DNA of 64,000 nt from Brevinematales bacterium (GCA_020052515.1 JAGVOW010000016.1:162-64161); one strand, 5' to 3'. Shown: positions 1-8,366, counted from the first letter of the stretch. Notes: generated by a model from the sequence alone, not told the origin. A program made the numbers and translations.

Positions 1-18
1 ATATTTTTTTAGTGTGTA

Positions 19-133
19 TTTGCGGATAAAAAACGGCTTTCGCTAAGTCACGTTAAGAATTGGAGTTAAATCCGTCGATTCTCCTTCTTCTCGCCTCTTC
101 GCGTGCTTTCGTGGATAAAAACGGTTTTCAAGG
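19..133. repeat. Dispersed intergenic repeat family A (two partial copies)
   Basis: tgcggataaaaaacggctttcgctaagtc (20-49) and cttcgcgtgctttcgtggataaaaacggttttc (97-129). Both align to the reverse complement of 62676-62748. Confidence 0.8.
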
Positions 134-178
134 AATTTGAGGAAAGGAAGGTTTTACAGCCATGAGTCAAATAAGTAA

Positions 179-203
179 CGCTAAGTACGCTAAGTACGCT
201 AAG
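179..203. repeat. Tandem 9-mer cgctaagta x ~3
   Basis: cgctaagta cgctaagta cgctaag. It overlaps the PIN gene stop codon (199-201) and shares the CGCTAAGT word of family A. Confidence 0.9.
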
Positions 204-684
204 ATTTTTCGTTTGAATCTATTAAAATCTGGTTGTAAAGGTCTTTGTGAATCCAGAAACCGGTTTTAGAGATCAGGTCGTCAAGGAGAGGTTTTACAGA
301 GGGGATTAGATTTTTTTTCTTGGCGATTTGCAGGATTCCAACAGTACCTGTTTTTTTTAAATCCAATTGGTCGGCAACGATCCTGCCGTTTTTCTCATCG
401 ATCAAAAGAAGGTCAGCGTTCATTTCAGACGCCAGAGTAATAGCAGCGGATTCGCCCGCGTCAAGTTCGGCAAGTATGAGATGATACATATCTGTATTTT
501 TTATATTGTTATGGATGATCCAGTCATAAGTTTTGACTTCCTGAGAGCCTGGCTGCTGGTAGTTGGTAATTTCAAAGAAAACGGCGGAAGGGATGTAAAT
601 ATTTCCGAAAAGGGATTTTAGAATATCGAGAGAGCCAATGCCAGCCAATTTAATAATAGGCGTAGTGTTGCTGACGACAATCAC
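199..684 (-). CDS. PIN-like (DUF3368-type) putative toxin of a type II TA pair
   Basis: 161-aa ORF with N-terminal 'MIVVSNTTPII' and 'LLLIDEKNGR' acidic PIN-like positions. It overlaps the upstream small ORF by 4 nt (681-684), the usual UPF0175/DUF3368 arrangement. Confidence 0.65.
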   Translation of the reverse strand: MIVVSNTTPIIKLAGIGSLDILKSLFGNIYIPSAVFFEITNYQQPGSQEVKTYDWIIHNNIKNTDMYHLILAELDAGESAAITLASEMNADLLLIDEKNGRIVADQLDLKKTGTVGILQIAKKKNLIPSVKPLLDDLISKTGFWIHKDLYNQILIDSNEKS

Positions 685-932
685 AGAAGCCCCATATCTT
701 TAAGAGTTTTCATGTCGTCTTTATAGTCCTGAAGGTCGTAATGAACCGGAATTTTACGGCTTGCCAGAAGGTGCTGGAATTCAAATTGCCCCATCTCAGC
801 GAGTTTGCTAGCCTGCCCAAGCGTCAGTTTATTTTTCTGGAAAAGAAAAACGGCAAGCTCTGTTTTAAATTCGGATTCGGAAAAATGAGTGGCTCTCACC
901 ACGTCATCGGCTATTACTAAAGGCATAATCAT
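681..932 (-). CDS. UPF0175-family antitoxin-like protein
   Basis: 83-aa ORF; 'ELAVFLFQKNKLTLGQASKLAEM' is an HTH-like segment typical of UPF0175. It is translationally coupled to the PIN ORF. Confidence 0.6.
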   Translation of the reverse strand: MIMPLVIADDVVRATHFSESEFKTELAVFLFQKNKLTLGQASKLAEMGQFEFQHLLASRKIPVHYDLQDYKDDMKTLKDMGLL

Positions 933-1074
933 TACCTCTTTTGATAAAGGATAAATATTTTTTGAGTAAAAATCAAGTTTTTTAGTAATCGGTCAGTTTA
1001 GGGAAAAGAAAATTTGAAATAAATAAGTTATCTCCTTATCATATTTCGGGTTATCCCACTCTGAAAGGGGCATT

Positions 1075-2439
1075 ATGAAAAAGATTGGGTTTTGTCTGTT
1101 TTTTCTATTGGCTTATTATTTGAGCTTTGCCGAAGACCTTACCGTGAAGCCCACCACGATTGTTGGGTTTCTCAATACCGGCAAAAACGCAGAAAACAAT
1201 TTTAACATTGTTATTATTAGGTCTTTGCTGACTTTCTTTTCCCAGCTTCCCGATACCAGAGTTACTCCCTATGAAGATCTGGCGAAGAGGGCGAGCGGTT
1301 TCTGGCGTAATACAAAGCTGAATCTGGACGAGGCGGTCCAGATTGCCCAATATTTTGAGTCGAAGCAGATGATCGCCGGGGATTATTCCGTTGATAAAAA
1401 AAGAAATAAAATAACCATCCATGTCATTGTTTACGATGTGGTGACGGGAGAGCTGAAGCTCGAGAGGACCTATCAAAGCACGGGTAAAATGGGGATATTT
1501 AATACGATTGACGATATGGCGCAGAATTTGAGCGGTTTGATGGCGGGAAGGGAGCTGAATGTAGGTGCGGTGCTGGTTAAATTTCAGAATATCAAAAGGC
1601 CTTATGACCTGTTTATCAACAGCAAGCTGGTGTCTAAAATCAGCAATCAGACTGTGTTTCAGGCGAGGCTTTTCGCGAGTGAGCCGATAGAATTGTCCAT
1701 CCGCTATTCTGACAGCGGCAAAGAGGCCCTCCGCAAGCGGTTTACTTTGAAAAAAGATGAGATCGCCAGCTTTGATTTTATGCCCAGCGGTAAAATGATT
1801 GTGAAAAATATGATCCGGACTGCCCAGGGGTATCTTGATGGGCAGGACATGGGGACTATAGAAAAAGATAGGGAATTTATAGGCTCTCTATCCGCTTCCA
1901 CGAATCATACCTTGACTTTGACATCATTTTTTAAGGATATCGTTGTTACCAATGTCAATGTGGAAGAAGGCGAGGAAAGGGTTTTAGTCCTGCTGACGGA
2001 ACAAAATCCGCCGCCTGTGACAAACCGGGGTGTGGATTATACCGGGAAAGAGCCATTGTGGGATTTGCTGGTTCCCGGCCTGGTGCAATTTCAGGCTAAT
2101 GACAACTGGATGGGAGGGCTTTTCCTGGCTGGCGGAGCTGCAGGTGTTGGCCTGACTGCCTTTTCTATTACCGGCCTTTCCATTGCTTCCTGCCGCTATA
2201 ATACCGCGCCGGACGCGGAGACAGCGGTTAGATATAAGAGTTATGTTGAAGATTGGACATTGTTGCTCTGCGGAAGCGCTGTTCTCTGGCTGGGCTCAGC
2301 GGGATTATCCGCTTTTCATGCCGCTACGCAGAAAAAATCGAAAGCTTTTCAAGCGGGGCTTCCTCATTTTTATTGTGGAAAAAGCCGTTTGTTTTGCCGG
2401 CTACGGAAAATAGCCCGGTTGTATTTGATTCATTTTTAG
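1075..2439 (+). CDS. Secreted/membrane-anchored protein of unknown function (signal peptide, two C-terminal TM helices)
   Basis: Signal peptide 'MKKIGFCLFFLLAYYLSFA'. Hydrophobic helices 'WMGGLFLAGGAAGVGLTAFSITGL' and 'WTLLLCGSAVLWLGSAGLSAF' lie near the C-terminus. The last ~35 codons look like out-of-frame read-through. Confidence 0.45.
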   Translation: MKKIGFCLFFLLAYYLSFAEDLTVKPTTIVGFLNTGKNAENNFNIVIIRSLLTFFSQLPDTRVTPYEDLAKRASGFWRNTKLNLDEAVQIAQYFESKQMIAGDYSVDKKRNKITIHVIVYDVVTGELKLERTYQSTGKMGIFNTIDDMAQNLSGLMAGRELNVGAVLVKFQNIKRPYDLFINSKLVSKISNQTVFQARLFASEPIELSIRYSDSGKEALRKRFTLKKDEIASFDFMPSGKMIVKNMIRTAQGYLDGQDMGTIEKDREFIGSLSASTNHTLTLTSFFKDIVVTNVNVEEGEERVLVLLTEQNPPPVTNRGVDYTGKEPLWDLLVPGLVQFQANDNWMGGLFLAGGAAGVGLTAFSITGLSIASCRYNTAPDAETAVRYKSYVEDWTLLLCGSAVLWLGSAGLSAFHAATQKKSKAFQAGLPHFYCGKSRLFCRLRKIARLYLIHF

Positions 2440-3371
2440 TTGCCTCAGCGGGAAACAGGCTTTATATATTCAATAAAGACGGTAATTTGATAAAGGTCAT
2501 TAAAGACGGTAATTTGATAAAGGTCATTGCTGTTCTGGCTGGCGGCGGCAATTTAACAAAGCCGGTGGTAAAGAATGGTCTCATTGTTCTGGGTTCTGAT
2601 ATGGGTGGCATCTTTGCTTATTCGCTCAAAGGCGAACTGCTCTGGAAAGATGTTTCAGCCGGCCAGATCCAGTTCGGCAATACGCCGGTTGTTTGCGGTT
2701 CGATGATCGCTTTGCCCACAGTGGATAAGGGGATACAGTTTTATCAAACAAACGGAGTTTATGCAGGGGATATCGCTGAAACAAGAGAAAAAGCGGTTTA
2801 TTCCACACCTCTCTTTGTAAACAATGGAAAATATCTCGTTTACGCGGCGGAAGACGGCATTGTTTCGGCATATAATTTAACCAATAAAGCTATTGTCTAT
2901 AGCAAAAAATTTGCGAGGGGCCGTGTGGTTGAGCCCGTAATCGGAAATGACAAAATCGCGATTCTATTTTATCACTCGGGGAATCTTTCTGCCTTTAATC
3001 CGCTCAATGGCGAATCACTCTGGGATTTTGAAGCGGATGTTTTAAAAAAAGCGGCGTGCGTACCCTTTTTATTGTCCAATCAATTGCTGACGCTTTCCAC
3101 TACTCAGTCCGATTCTGTTTTACTATCGGTTGACCTCGAAAAAGGCAAGCTGAATTACAGCCGGAAATTGAGCGCTCCTGTTCAATCGGCTTCGTTGATA
3201 GGCAATCACTTTTATCTCGCGCTCACAAACGGCGTTGTCGAAGTGTTAAACCTTGATAATCAAGAACTATTGAGGGATTATCCGCTTTCTGGAAGTATCA
3301 ATCAATTGGCCGTATCGGCGGAAGGCGTCTTTGTTTTTACTTCAGAAAATTTGATTCGGCTTAAACCATAG
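2253..3371 (+). CDS. PQQ-like/BamB-like beta-propeller repeat protein; 5' end uncertain, possibly fused to 1075..2439
   Basis: Repeated 'G.l.A.....G...W' beta-propeller-like segments (for example 'GIFAYSLKGELLWKD', 'GIVSAYNLTNKAIVYSK', 'GNLSAFNPLNGESLWDF'). There is no signal peptide at any in-frame start. Confidence 0.5.
   Translation: MDIVALRKRCSLAGLSGIIRFSCRYAEKIESFSSGASSFLLWKKPFVLPATENSPVVFDSFLVASAGNRLYIFNKDGNLIKVIKDGNLIKVIAVLAGGGNLTKPVVKNGLIVLGSDMGGIFAYSLKGELLWKDVSAGQIQFGNTPVVCGSMIALPTVDKGIQFYQTNGVYAGDIAETREKAVYSTPLFVNNGKYLVYAAEDGIVSAYNLTNKAIVYSKKFARGRVVEPVIGNDKIAILFYHSGNLSAFNPLNGESLWDFEADVLKKAACVPFLLSNQLLTLSTTQSDSVLLSVDLEKGKLNYSRKLSAPVQSASLIGNHFYLALTNGVVEVLNLDNQELLRDYPLSGSINQLAVSAEGVFVFTSENLIRLKP
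2475..2528 (+). repeat. Perfect 27-bp tandem duplication inside a CDS
   Basis: aaagacggtaatttgataaaggtcatt occurs twice back to back, giving KDGNLIKVI KDGNLIKVI in frame. Confidence 0.95.
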
Positions 3372-3440
3372 GTTACTTTCTTTTTTTTTTATCTTATGAT
3401 AGAATATACCAGATGGAAAGAAAACTACATGAGCGTGAAT

Positions 3441-3932
3441 ATGCAGAAAATAAAGAGAGCTGTTTATCCAGGCACTTTTGATCCGCCAACTAATGGACAT
3501 ATTGATATAGCTAGAAGGGCGGCTGCTATATTTGACGAAGTAATTATCGCTTTATTGGATAATCCCGCCAAAGCGCCTCTTTTTTCTAAAGGGGAAAGAA
3601 TTGAAATGCTGAAAAGCCTTTTTCAGCAGGAAAAAAAGATTATTGTGAAGTCGTTTTCCGGGCTTTTGGTCGATTTTGCTGAAAAAGAAGGAGCTGTGGC
3701 CATCGTAAGAGGCCTAAGGGCTGTGTCGGATTTTGAGTATGAGCTTCAGCTGGCCTCTTTAAATCTTCAGCTCAATGCCCATGCGGAAACCGTGTTTTTT
3801 ATGTCCAGTGATGAAAATCTGTTTGTCAGTTCCTCTATGATTAAGGAAATCGCGAGATTGGGCGGAGATATTTCTAAAAAAGTTCCCGCGGTTGTTTGGA
3901 AGGGGTTGAAGAGAAAGTTTTGTGAGGGCTAA
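3441..3932 (+). CDS. coaD: Phosphopantetheine adenylyltransferase
   Basis: 'AVYPGTFDPPTNGHIDI' nucleotidyltransferase motif, ~160 aa. The ORF is open from 3396, but the ATG at 3441 gives the canonical N-terminus. Confidence 0.9.
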   Translation: MQKIKRAVYPGTFDPPTNGHIDIARRAAAIFDEVIIALLDNPAKAPLFSKGERIEMLKSLFQQEKKIIVKSFSGLLVDFAEKEGAVAIVRGLRAVSDFEYELQLASLNLQLNAHAETVFFMSSDENLFVSSSMIKEIARLGGDISKKVPAVVWKGLKRKFCEG

Positions 3933-3946
3933 ATAGAGAAATGTCC

Positions 3947-3976
3947 AATAGGCGACAATAATTATTGTCGCCTATT
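3947..3976. repeat. 30-bp perfect palindrome (copy 1 of a 3-member family)
   Basis: aataGGCGACAATAATTATTGTCGCCtatt. It lies in the 64-nt coaD-pta spacer and ends 20 nt before the pta ATG. Confidence 0.95.
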
Positions 3977-3996
3977 AGAAAGTTACAGAGGTTTTT

Positions 3997-4995
3997 ATGG
4001 GAGATTTTAAGAAAGAAATGCTGGGGATTGTAAAGAATTCGCCGAAAAGACTGGTCCTTCCGGAAGGGGAAGATATCCGGGTATTAAAAGCGGCGGAAAT
4101 GATTATAAAAGAACGTTTTACCAGCGAATTGTTTGTATTGGGCGATCCTGATCAATTAAAGGCTAAAGCGGCTTCTGAGGGTGTTTCTTTGAAGGGAGTA
4201 GAGCTTTTGTCTCCTCTGCATTCCAAAATGTTGCCGGATTATACCTCAAAATTGTACGAATCGAGAAAAAATAAAGGACTGACTGAAGAAGAAGCGGAAA
4301 AAATGATGAAAGATACAGTTTATTTTGGCGCTATGATGCTTCATACCGCGGAAGTGGATTCTATGGTTTCCGGGAGTATGACTCCCACGGCAAAAACTGT
4401 CCGTGCTGCGCTGATTGTGGTAAAGCCCAGAGAAGGGATTAAGACGGTTTCCGGGAGTTTTGTGATGATTGTGCCGGATTGTTCTTATGGACGGAATGGG
4501 GGGTTTATTTACGCGGATAGCGGGGTTGTGCCGGAACCTGCTCCGGAGCAATTGGCGGATATCGCGATTTCTTCAGCCGAAACCTGCCGCAAGCTTCTTC
4601 GGACAAAACCGATAGTCGCTTTACTTTCTTTTTCTACATTGGGCAGCGCTGATTCTCCCTCGGTTTTGAAGGTTCGGGAAGCTGTTTCTATCCTGAAGCA
4701 GAGAAAAGTAGACTTTTTGTTTGATGGGGAAATGCAGTTTGACGCGGCAGTTGAGCCCAGTGTCGCTCTCGCTAAAGCCCCGAATTCTATTGTAGCGGGT
4801 AAAGCCAATGTCATGGTTTTTCCGGATCTGAATTGCGGCAACATTGGCTATAAAATCACTCAGCGGTTGGCAAAGGCGGAGGCCTATGGGCCTTTACTAC
4901 AGGGGCTTTCGAAGCCGGTCAATGATTTGTCGCGCGGAGCAACGCCTGAAGACATTATGATTGTGTCCGCTATTACGGTTGCTCAAGCCGGGTAA
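3997..4995 (+). CDS. pta: Phosphate acetyltransferase (short, PTA_PTB-only form)
   Basis: 332 aa; 'VFPDLNCGNIGYKITQRL' and 'SGSMTPTAKTVRAAL' are typical of Pta. Confidence 0.9.
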   Translation: MGDFKKEMLGIVKNSPKRLVLPEGEDIRVLKAAEMIIKERFTSELFVLGDPDQLKAKAASEGVSLKGVELLSPLHSKMLPDYTSKLYESRKNKGLTEEEAEKMMKDTVYFGAMMLHTAEVDSMVSGSMTPTAKTVRAALIVVKPREGIKTVSGSFVMIVPDCSYGRNGGFIYADSGVVPEPAPEQLADIAISSAETCRKLLRTKPIVALLSFSTLGSADSPSVLKVREAVSILKQRKVDFLFDGEMQFDAAVEPSVALAKAPNSIVAGKANVMVFPDLNCGNIGYKITQRLAKAEAYGPLLQGLSKPVNDLSRGATPEDIMIVSAITVAQAG

Positions 4996-5012
4996 TTGAT
5001 TTTGGATGATAA

Positions 5013-5040
5013 ATAGACGACAATAATTATTGTCGCCTAT
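5013..5040. repeat. 28-bp palindrome (copy 2; one mismatch)
   Basis: atagACGACAATAATTATTGTCGCCtat in the pta-TRAP SBP spacer, ending 22 nt before the ATG at 5063. It shares the downstream 'aagttacaRagg' with copy 1. Confidence 0.95.
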
Positions 5041-5062
5041 GAAGTTACAAAGGAGATAATTT

Positions 5063-6061
5063 ATGAATATTCTAAAAGTAGTTTCATTAATTGGTGTTTT
5101 ATCCGCGCTGCTCTTGAATTCTTCTTTCTCGCTGGTCATTAAATTGGGCAGCATTGCTCCTGAACAAACGCCGTGGGGCGAAGCCATCAATAGAATGGCT
5201 TCCGATTGGAGCAGGATTTCAGGCGGGACGATTGAACTAAAAGTTTATCATAATGGTATAGCGGGGTCAGAATCGGATATGCTGCGAAAGATGAGAATCG
5301 GCCAGCTTCAAGCAGGTGTTTTCACCAGCTTCGGCTTGAATGAGATTTCTCCGGATATTTTATCTTTGAGCATCCCTTTTCTGATTCGGACAGAGGGCGA
5401 ACTGGATTATGTGCTGAAGAAGCTGCAGCCGGTATTGGAAAAAAAGATTGAAGCCAAGAAATATAAAGTAATCGCATGGTCCAGAGTGGGATGGGTGAGG
5501 TTTTTTTCCAAGAAGCCGGTTGTTTACCCGAAAGATCTGAAGGCTCAAAAAATGGCTTCTAATCCCGATGACGAAGCCTTAATCCAGGCCTGGAAGGTTT
5601 TGGGTTATCCACAGGTGCCAGTGGCGGTTCCGGATATTTTATCCAGCCTCAATAGTGGAATGATTGAGGCGATTTATGCCAGCCCGATAGCGGTAGGCGG
5701 TTTTCAGTGGTTTGGATTGGCCAGGTACATGAGTGATTTCAAAATTTCTCCTTTTATGGGCGGTATTGTGATGTCGCAAAGCGTATGGGAAAAGATTCCG
5801 GAAAATTTAAGGCCTGAACTGATGAAATCAGTCCGAGCATTTGAGTCGGAACTGGTCAAAAATGTCCGGGATATGGAAGAAGAGGCTATCAAAACTATGC
5901 AGACTTATGGTTTGATAATAGCCCCCGCTCCGAAGGATGCCGAAGCGGAATGGAAAGGAGAGTTGAATAGGGGCATTAATAATATGCTGGGTAAAAGTTT
6001 TTCCAAAGAAATGTATCTTTTGATTAATAAATACCTGGAGGAATACAGAAGCAAAAAGTAA
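5063..6061 (+). CDS. TRAP-type transporter periplasmic solute-binding protein (DctP/TatP-like)
   Basis: Signal peptide followed by 'IKLGSIAPEQTPWGEA...ELKVYHNGIAGSESDMLRKMRIGQLQAG', the DctP-family pattern. Confidence 0.8.
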   Translation: MNILKVVSLIGVLSALLLNSSFSLVIKLGSIAPEQTPWGEAINRMASDWSRISGGTIELKVYHNGIAGSESDMLRKMRIGQLQAGVFTSFGLNEISPDILSLSIPFLIRTEGELDYVLKKLQPVLEKKIEAKKYKVIAWSRVGWVRFFSKKPVVYPKDLKAQKMASNPDDEALIQAWKVLGYPQVPVAVPDILSSLNSGMIEAIYASPIAVGGFQWFGLARYMSDFKISPFMGGIVMSQSVWEKIPENLRPELMKSVRAFESELVKNVRDMEEEAIKTMQTYGLIIAPAPKDAEAEWKGELNRGINNMLGKSFSKEMYLLINKYLEEYRSKK

Positions 6062-6091
6062 AAATGGGCAATTCTAAGTGGAGGCAGTAGA

Positions 6092-7006
6092 ATGAGTTTC
6101 AGAAAAACAGTGGTACTTTCTTTGATTGTTTTATTTCAGGTTTCCTGTTCTTTAAATAAAATGGTGGTGAATGGCGTGGCGGATGCTTTGTCTAAAGGCG
6201 GCGGAACTACATTTACAGGTGAAAATGACCCTGAGCTGGTGGGAGATGCCCTGCCTTTCGCGTTAAAATTTTATGATTCCATTCTGGAGCAGGCCCCTGA
6301 ACATGAAGCCCTCCTTCTTTCCACGGGTAGCGCTTATGTTATGTATGCCAATGCCTATCTGCATTCACAGGCTCAGATGCTTTCGTCAAAAGACTTTGAA
6401 AAAAAAGATTTCTTATTGAAGCGGGCTAGAAACCTCTATTTACGCGGAAGGGATATGGTGATAAAGGGTTTATCCATCAGGCATCCGCAATTGCGAATTT
6501 CAAACGAACAAAAGCAGTTTGAAGAATCTTTAAAAGATATGAACAGAGAAGATGTTTCCTATCTTTATTGGGCATCTGCGGGCTGGATGGCCGCTTATTC
6601 GCTGAATACGCTGGATATAAATGTTTCTATTGGCGTGCCTAAAGTGACTGCGATGATGAGGCGGGCACTGGAGTTGAATGACGAATTTGACGGAGGGGCG
6701 ATTCACGATTTCTTTATTTCTTTTTATGCATCGATGCCGGTATCAATGGGAGGAAGCCCTGAAAAAGCGCGGGAGCATTTCAAAAGGGCGGTGGAGATAT
6801 CAAAAGGCCGTTCCGCATCTCCTTATGTTTCATTAGCTACCTCTCTTTGCGTGAAAAATCAAAATGAGGAAGAGTTTCAAAATCTTCTAAATCAAGCATT
6901 GCAAATTGATCCCGAAGCTGATAAAAGCAAGCGTCTGGTGAATATTCTCTCGCAGAGGAAGGCAAAGTGGTACTTAGCGCATCAGGATGATTTCTTTATT
7001 CGTTAG
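6092..7006 (+). CDS. TatT-family TPR lipoprotein (TRAP-associated)
   Basis: Lipobox 'FQVSC'. 'GENDPELVGDALPFALKFYDSIL', 'YLYWASAGWMAA' and 'GAIHDFFISFYASMPVSMGGSPEKAREHFKRA' match my memory of the TatT component family. Confidence 0.7.
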   Translation: MSFRKTVVLSLIVLFQVSCSLNKMVVNGVADALSKGGGTTFTGENDPELVGDALPFALKFYDSILEQAPEHEALLLSTGSAYVMYANAYLHSQAQMLSSKDFEKKDFLLKRARNLYLRGRDMVIKGLSIRHPQLRISNEQKQFEESLKDMNREDVSYLYWASAGWMAAYSLNTLDINVSIGVPKVTAMMRRALELNDEFDGGAIHDFFISFYASMPVSMGGSPEKAREHFKRAVEISKGRSASPYVSLATSLCVKNQNEEEFQNLLNQALQIDPEADKSKRLVNILSQRKAKWYLAHQDDFFIR

Positions 7007-7023
7007 TTCTCACTTTTAGGGGG

Positions 7024-7800
7024 GTGGGTGTGTTGAAGGAAATTTTTTTGTTTTTAGCCTGCCTTTTTGTTTTTCAAGCCTTTATTTTTTCTATTACTAC
7101 TGATGAATTCTTAAGTAACGAGCTTGCGAGGCAAAGGTACACACAGGAAGGAAGTCTGAAGCTTTTAAGTATGATCAGTAATGAGCTTTCCGAAAACACA
7201 GAGTCAGCCGAATTGAATTGGCTTTATGCTGCGATGCTTTATTTTTATGGTGATTATTATGAAGAAGATACGGCAAAGAAAAAAGAATATTTTACACAAA
7301 CAAAAGACTTTGCTTTTAAAGCTGTTTTGATTGACCCAAATAGCGCGGATGCTCATTATTGGCTGGGGGTAGGGTATGCCAAATGGTCTGAGGCGAATGG
7401 AATTCTGGATAGTTTGTTTTATGCCGATGATGTGCGCGATGAAATGACAAAAGTCATTACTCTGCAGACAAATTTCTTCAAAGGGATTGCCTGGGCAATC
7501 AGGGCAAAGGTCTACAATGTGGCGCCCGGATGGCCAATGAGTGTGGGAGATAAGGAAGAATCTTACAGAAATATCAGCAAAGCCCTCCAGATAGGGTCCG
7601 ATTTTCGGTTTATTCATCAATTGTACGCAGAAATGCTTTTGAATGATGGGAATTACCGTGAAGCGAAGAAAGTAATAGAAAAAGCGCTGGCCTTGCCTTT
7701 AGATGAAAAATATTTAAAAGAGGAAGAAAAAGTAATAGGGATCCTTCAAAGATATCTCATCATGGCGAACAAAAAGTTGAATGTGCTGCCAACTCCTTAA
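7024..7800 (+). CDS. Secreted TPR-like protein (possible second TatT-like paralog)
   Basis: Signal-like N-terminus and helical-repeat composition ('ADAHYWLGVGYAKW', 'GNYREAKKVIEKALAL'). Confidence 0.4.
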   Translation: MGVLKEIFLFLACLFVFQAFIFSITTDEFLSNELARQRYTQEGSLKLLSMISNELSENTESAELNWLYAAMLYFYGDYYEEDTAKKKEYFTQTKDFAFKAVLIDPNSADAHYWLGVGYAKWSEANGILDSLFYADDVRDEMTKVITLQTNFFKGIAWAIRAKVYNVAPGWPMSVGDKEESYRNISKALQIGSDFRFIHQLYAEMLLNDGNYREAKKVIEKALALPLDEKYLKEEEKVIGILQRYLIMANKKLNVLPTP

Positions 7801-7837
7801 GCCGGAATTGAGTAATTTCCAGCGCCCAAAAAAAAGG

Positions 7838-7866
7838 TTGATTTTTTGAAAAAAATAAGTTATAAT
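7838..7866 (+). promoter_or_regulatory. sigma70-type promoter upstream of spoVG
   Basis: TTGATT-N17-TATAAT, about 113 nt upstream of the spoVG ATG. Confidence 0.5.
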
Positions 7867-7985
7867 GAAACTCGGGTTTTTTGTATGACAAAGAGTTGAG
7901 TTTTTCTGATAAGCCCTCAGTTGTATAAAGCCTTTATAGGATTATGAGATAAGTTTTTCAAATTTCTTCAGGAGGATATAACTGT

Positions 7986-8237
7986 ATGGAGATTACTGAC
8001 ATCAGAATTAAGAAGGTCGAGGGTGAAAACAAGTTAAAGGCTTATGCTTCCATTACCTTTGACGACAGTTTTGTGATCCACAATATTAAAGTGATTGAGG
8101 GCAATAATGGTTTGTTTATTGCTATGCCGTCCCGAAGAACCAGAAGCGGCGAAATGAAGGATGTCGCGCATCCTATTAATTCTCAGTTTAGGGAAAAAAT
8201 TCAAAGTGCTATTTTGGAAGCTTATCAAGCAGAATAA
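7986..8237 (+). CDS. spoVG: SpoVG family protein
   Basis: '[50 protein letters not shown]' is the SpoVG signature. Confidence 0.9.
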   Translation: MEITDIRIKKVEGENKLKAYASITFDDSFVIHNIKVIEGNNGLFIAMPSRRTRSGEMKDVAHPINSQFREKIQSAILEAYQAE

Positions 8238-8293
8238 ATTTGAGTGTTCTTTGTTTCTAATTTGTATTGCGCAGATAATTTGAAAGAATTTTT

Positions 8294-8366
8294 TGGGGCG
8301 TAGCCAAGTTGGCAAGGCAGCGGGTTTTGGTTCCGCCATTCGAAGGTTCGAATCCTTCCGCCCCAG
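8294..8366 (+). tRNA. tRNA-Gln (anticodon UUG)
   Basis: The cloverleaf was read by hand. Acceptor TGGGGCG/CGCCCCA; anticodon stem GCGGG/TCCGC with loop TTTTGGT; T-arm GAAGG-TTCGAAT-CCTTC; discriminator G. The start resembles E. coli tRNA-Gln (UGGGG..GCCAAG). CCA is not encoded. Confidence 0.9.

Noticed and set aside
1-205. Possible CRISPR array (repeated words near the window start and at 60.5/62.7 kb)
   Set aside because: The units are 9-bp tandem repeats or single dispersed ~60-bp copies. They lack regular repeat-spacer periodicity, and there are no cas genes in the window.
3396-3440. Longer coaD start at 3396 (and the similar long starts at 16245 for dxs, 24638 for the TPR lipoprotein, 26736 for the small membrane protein and 15472 for the FlgH-like ORF)
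   Set aside because: Internal starts give canonical N-termini or signal peptides and have better RBSs. The long forms add non-homologous or repeat-derived residues.
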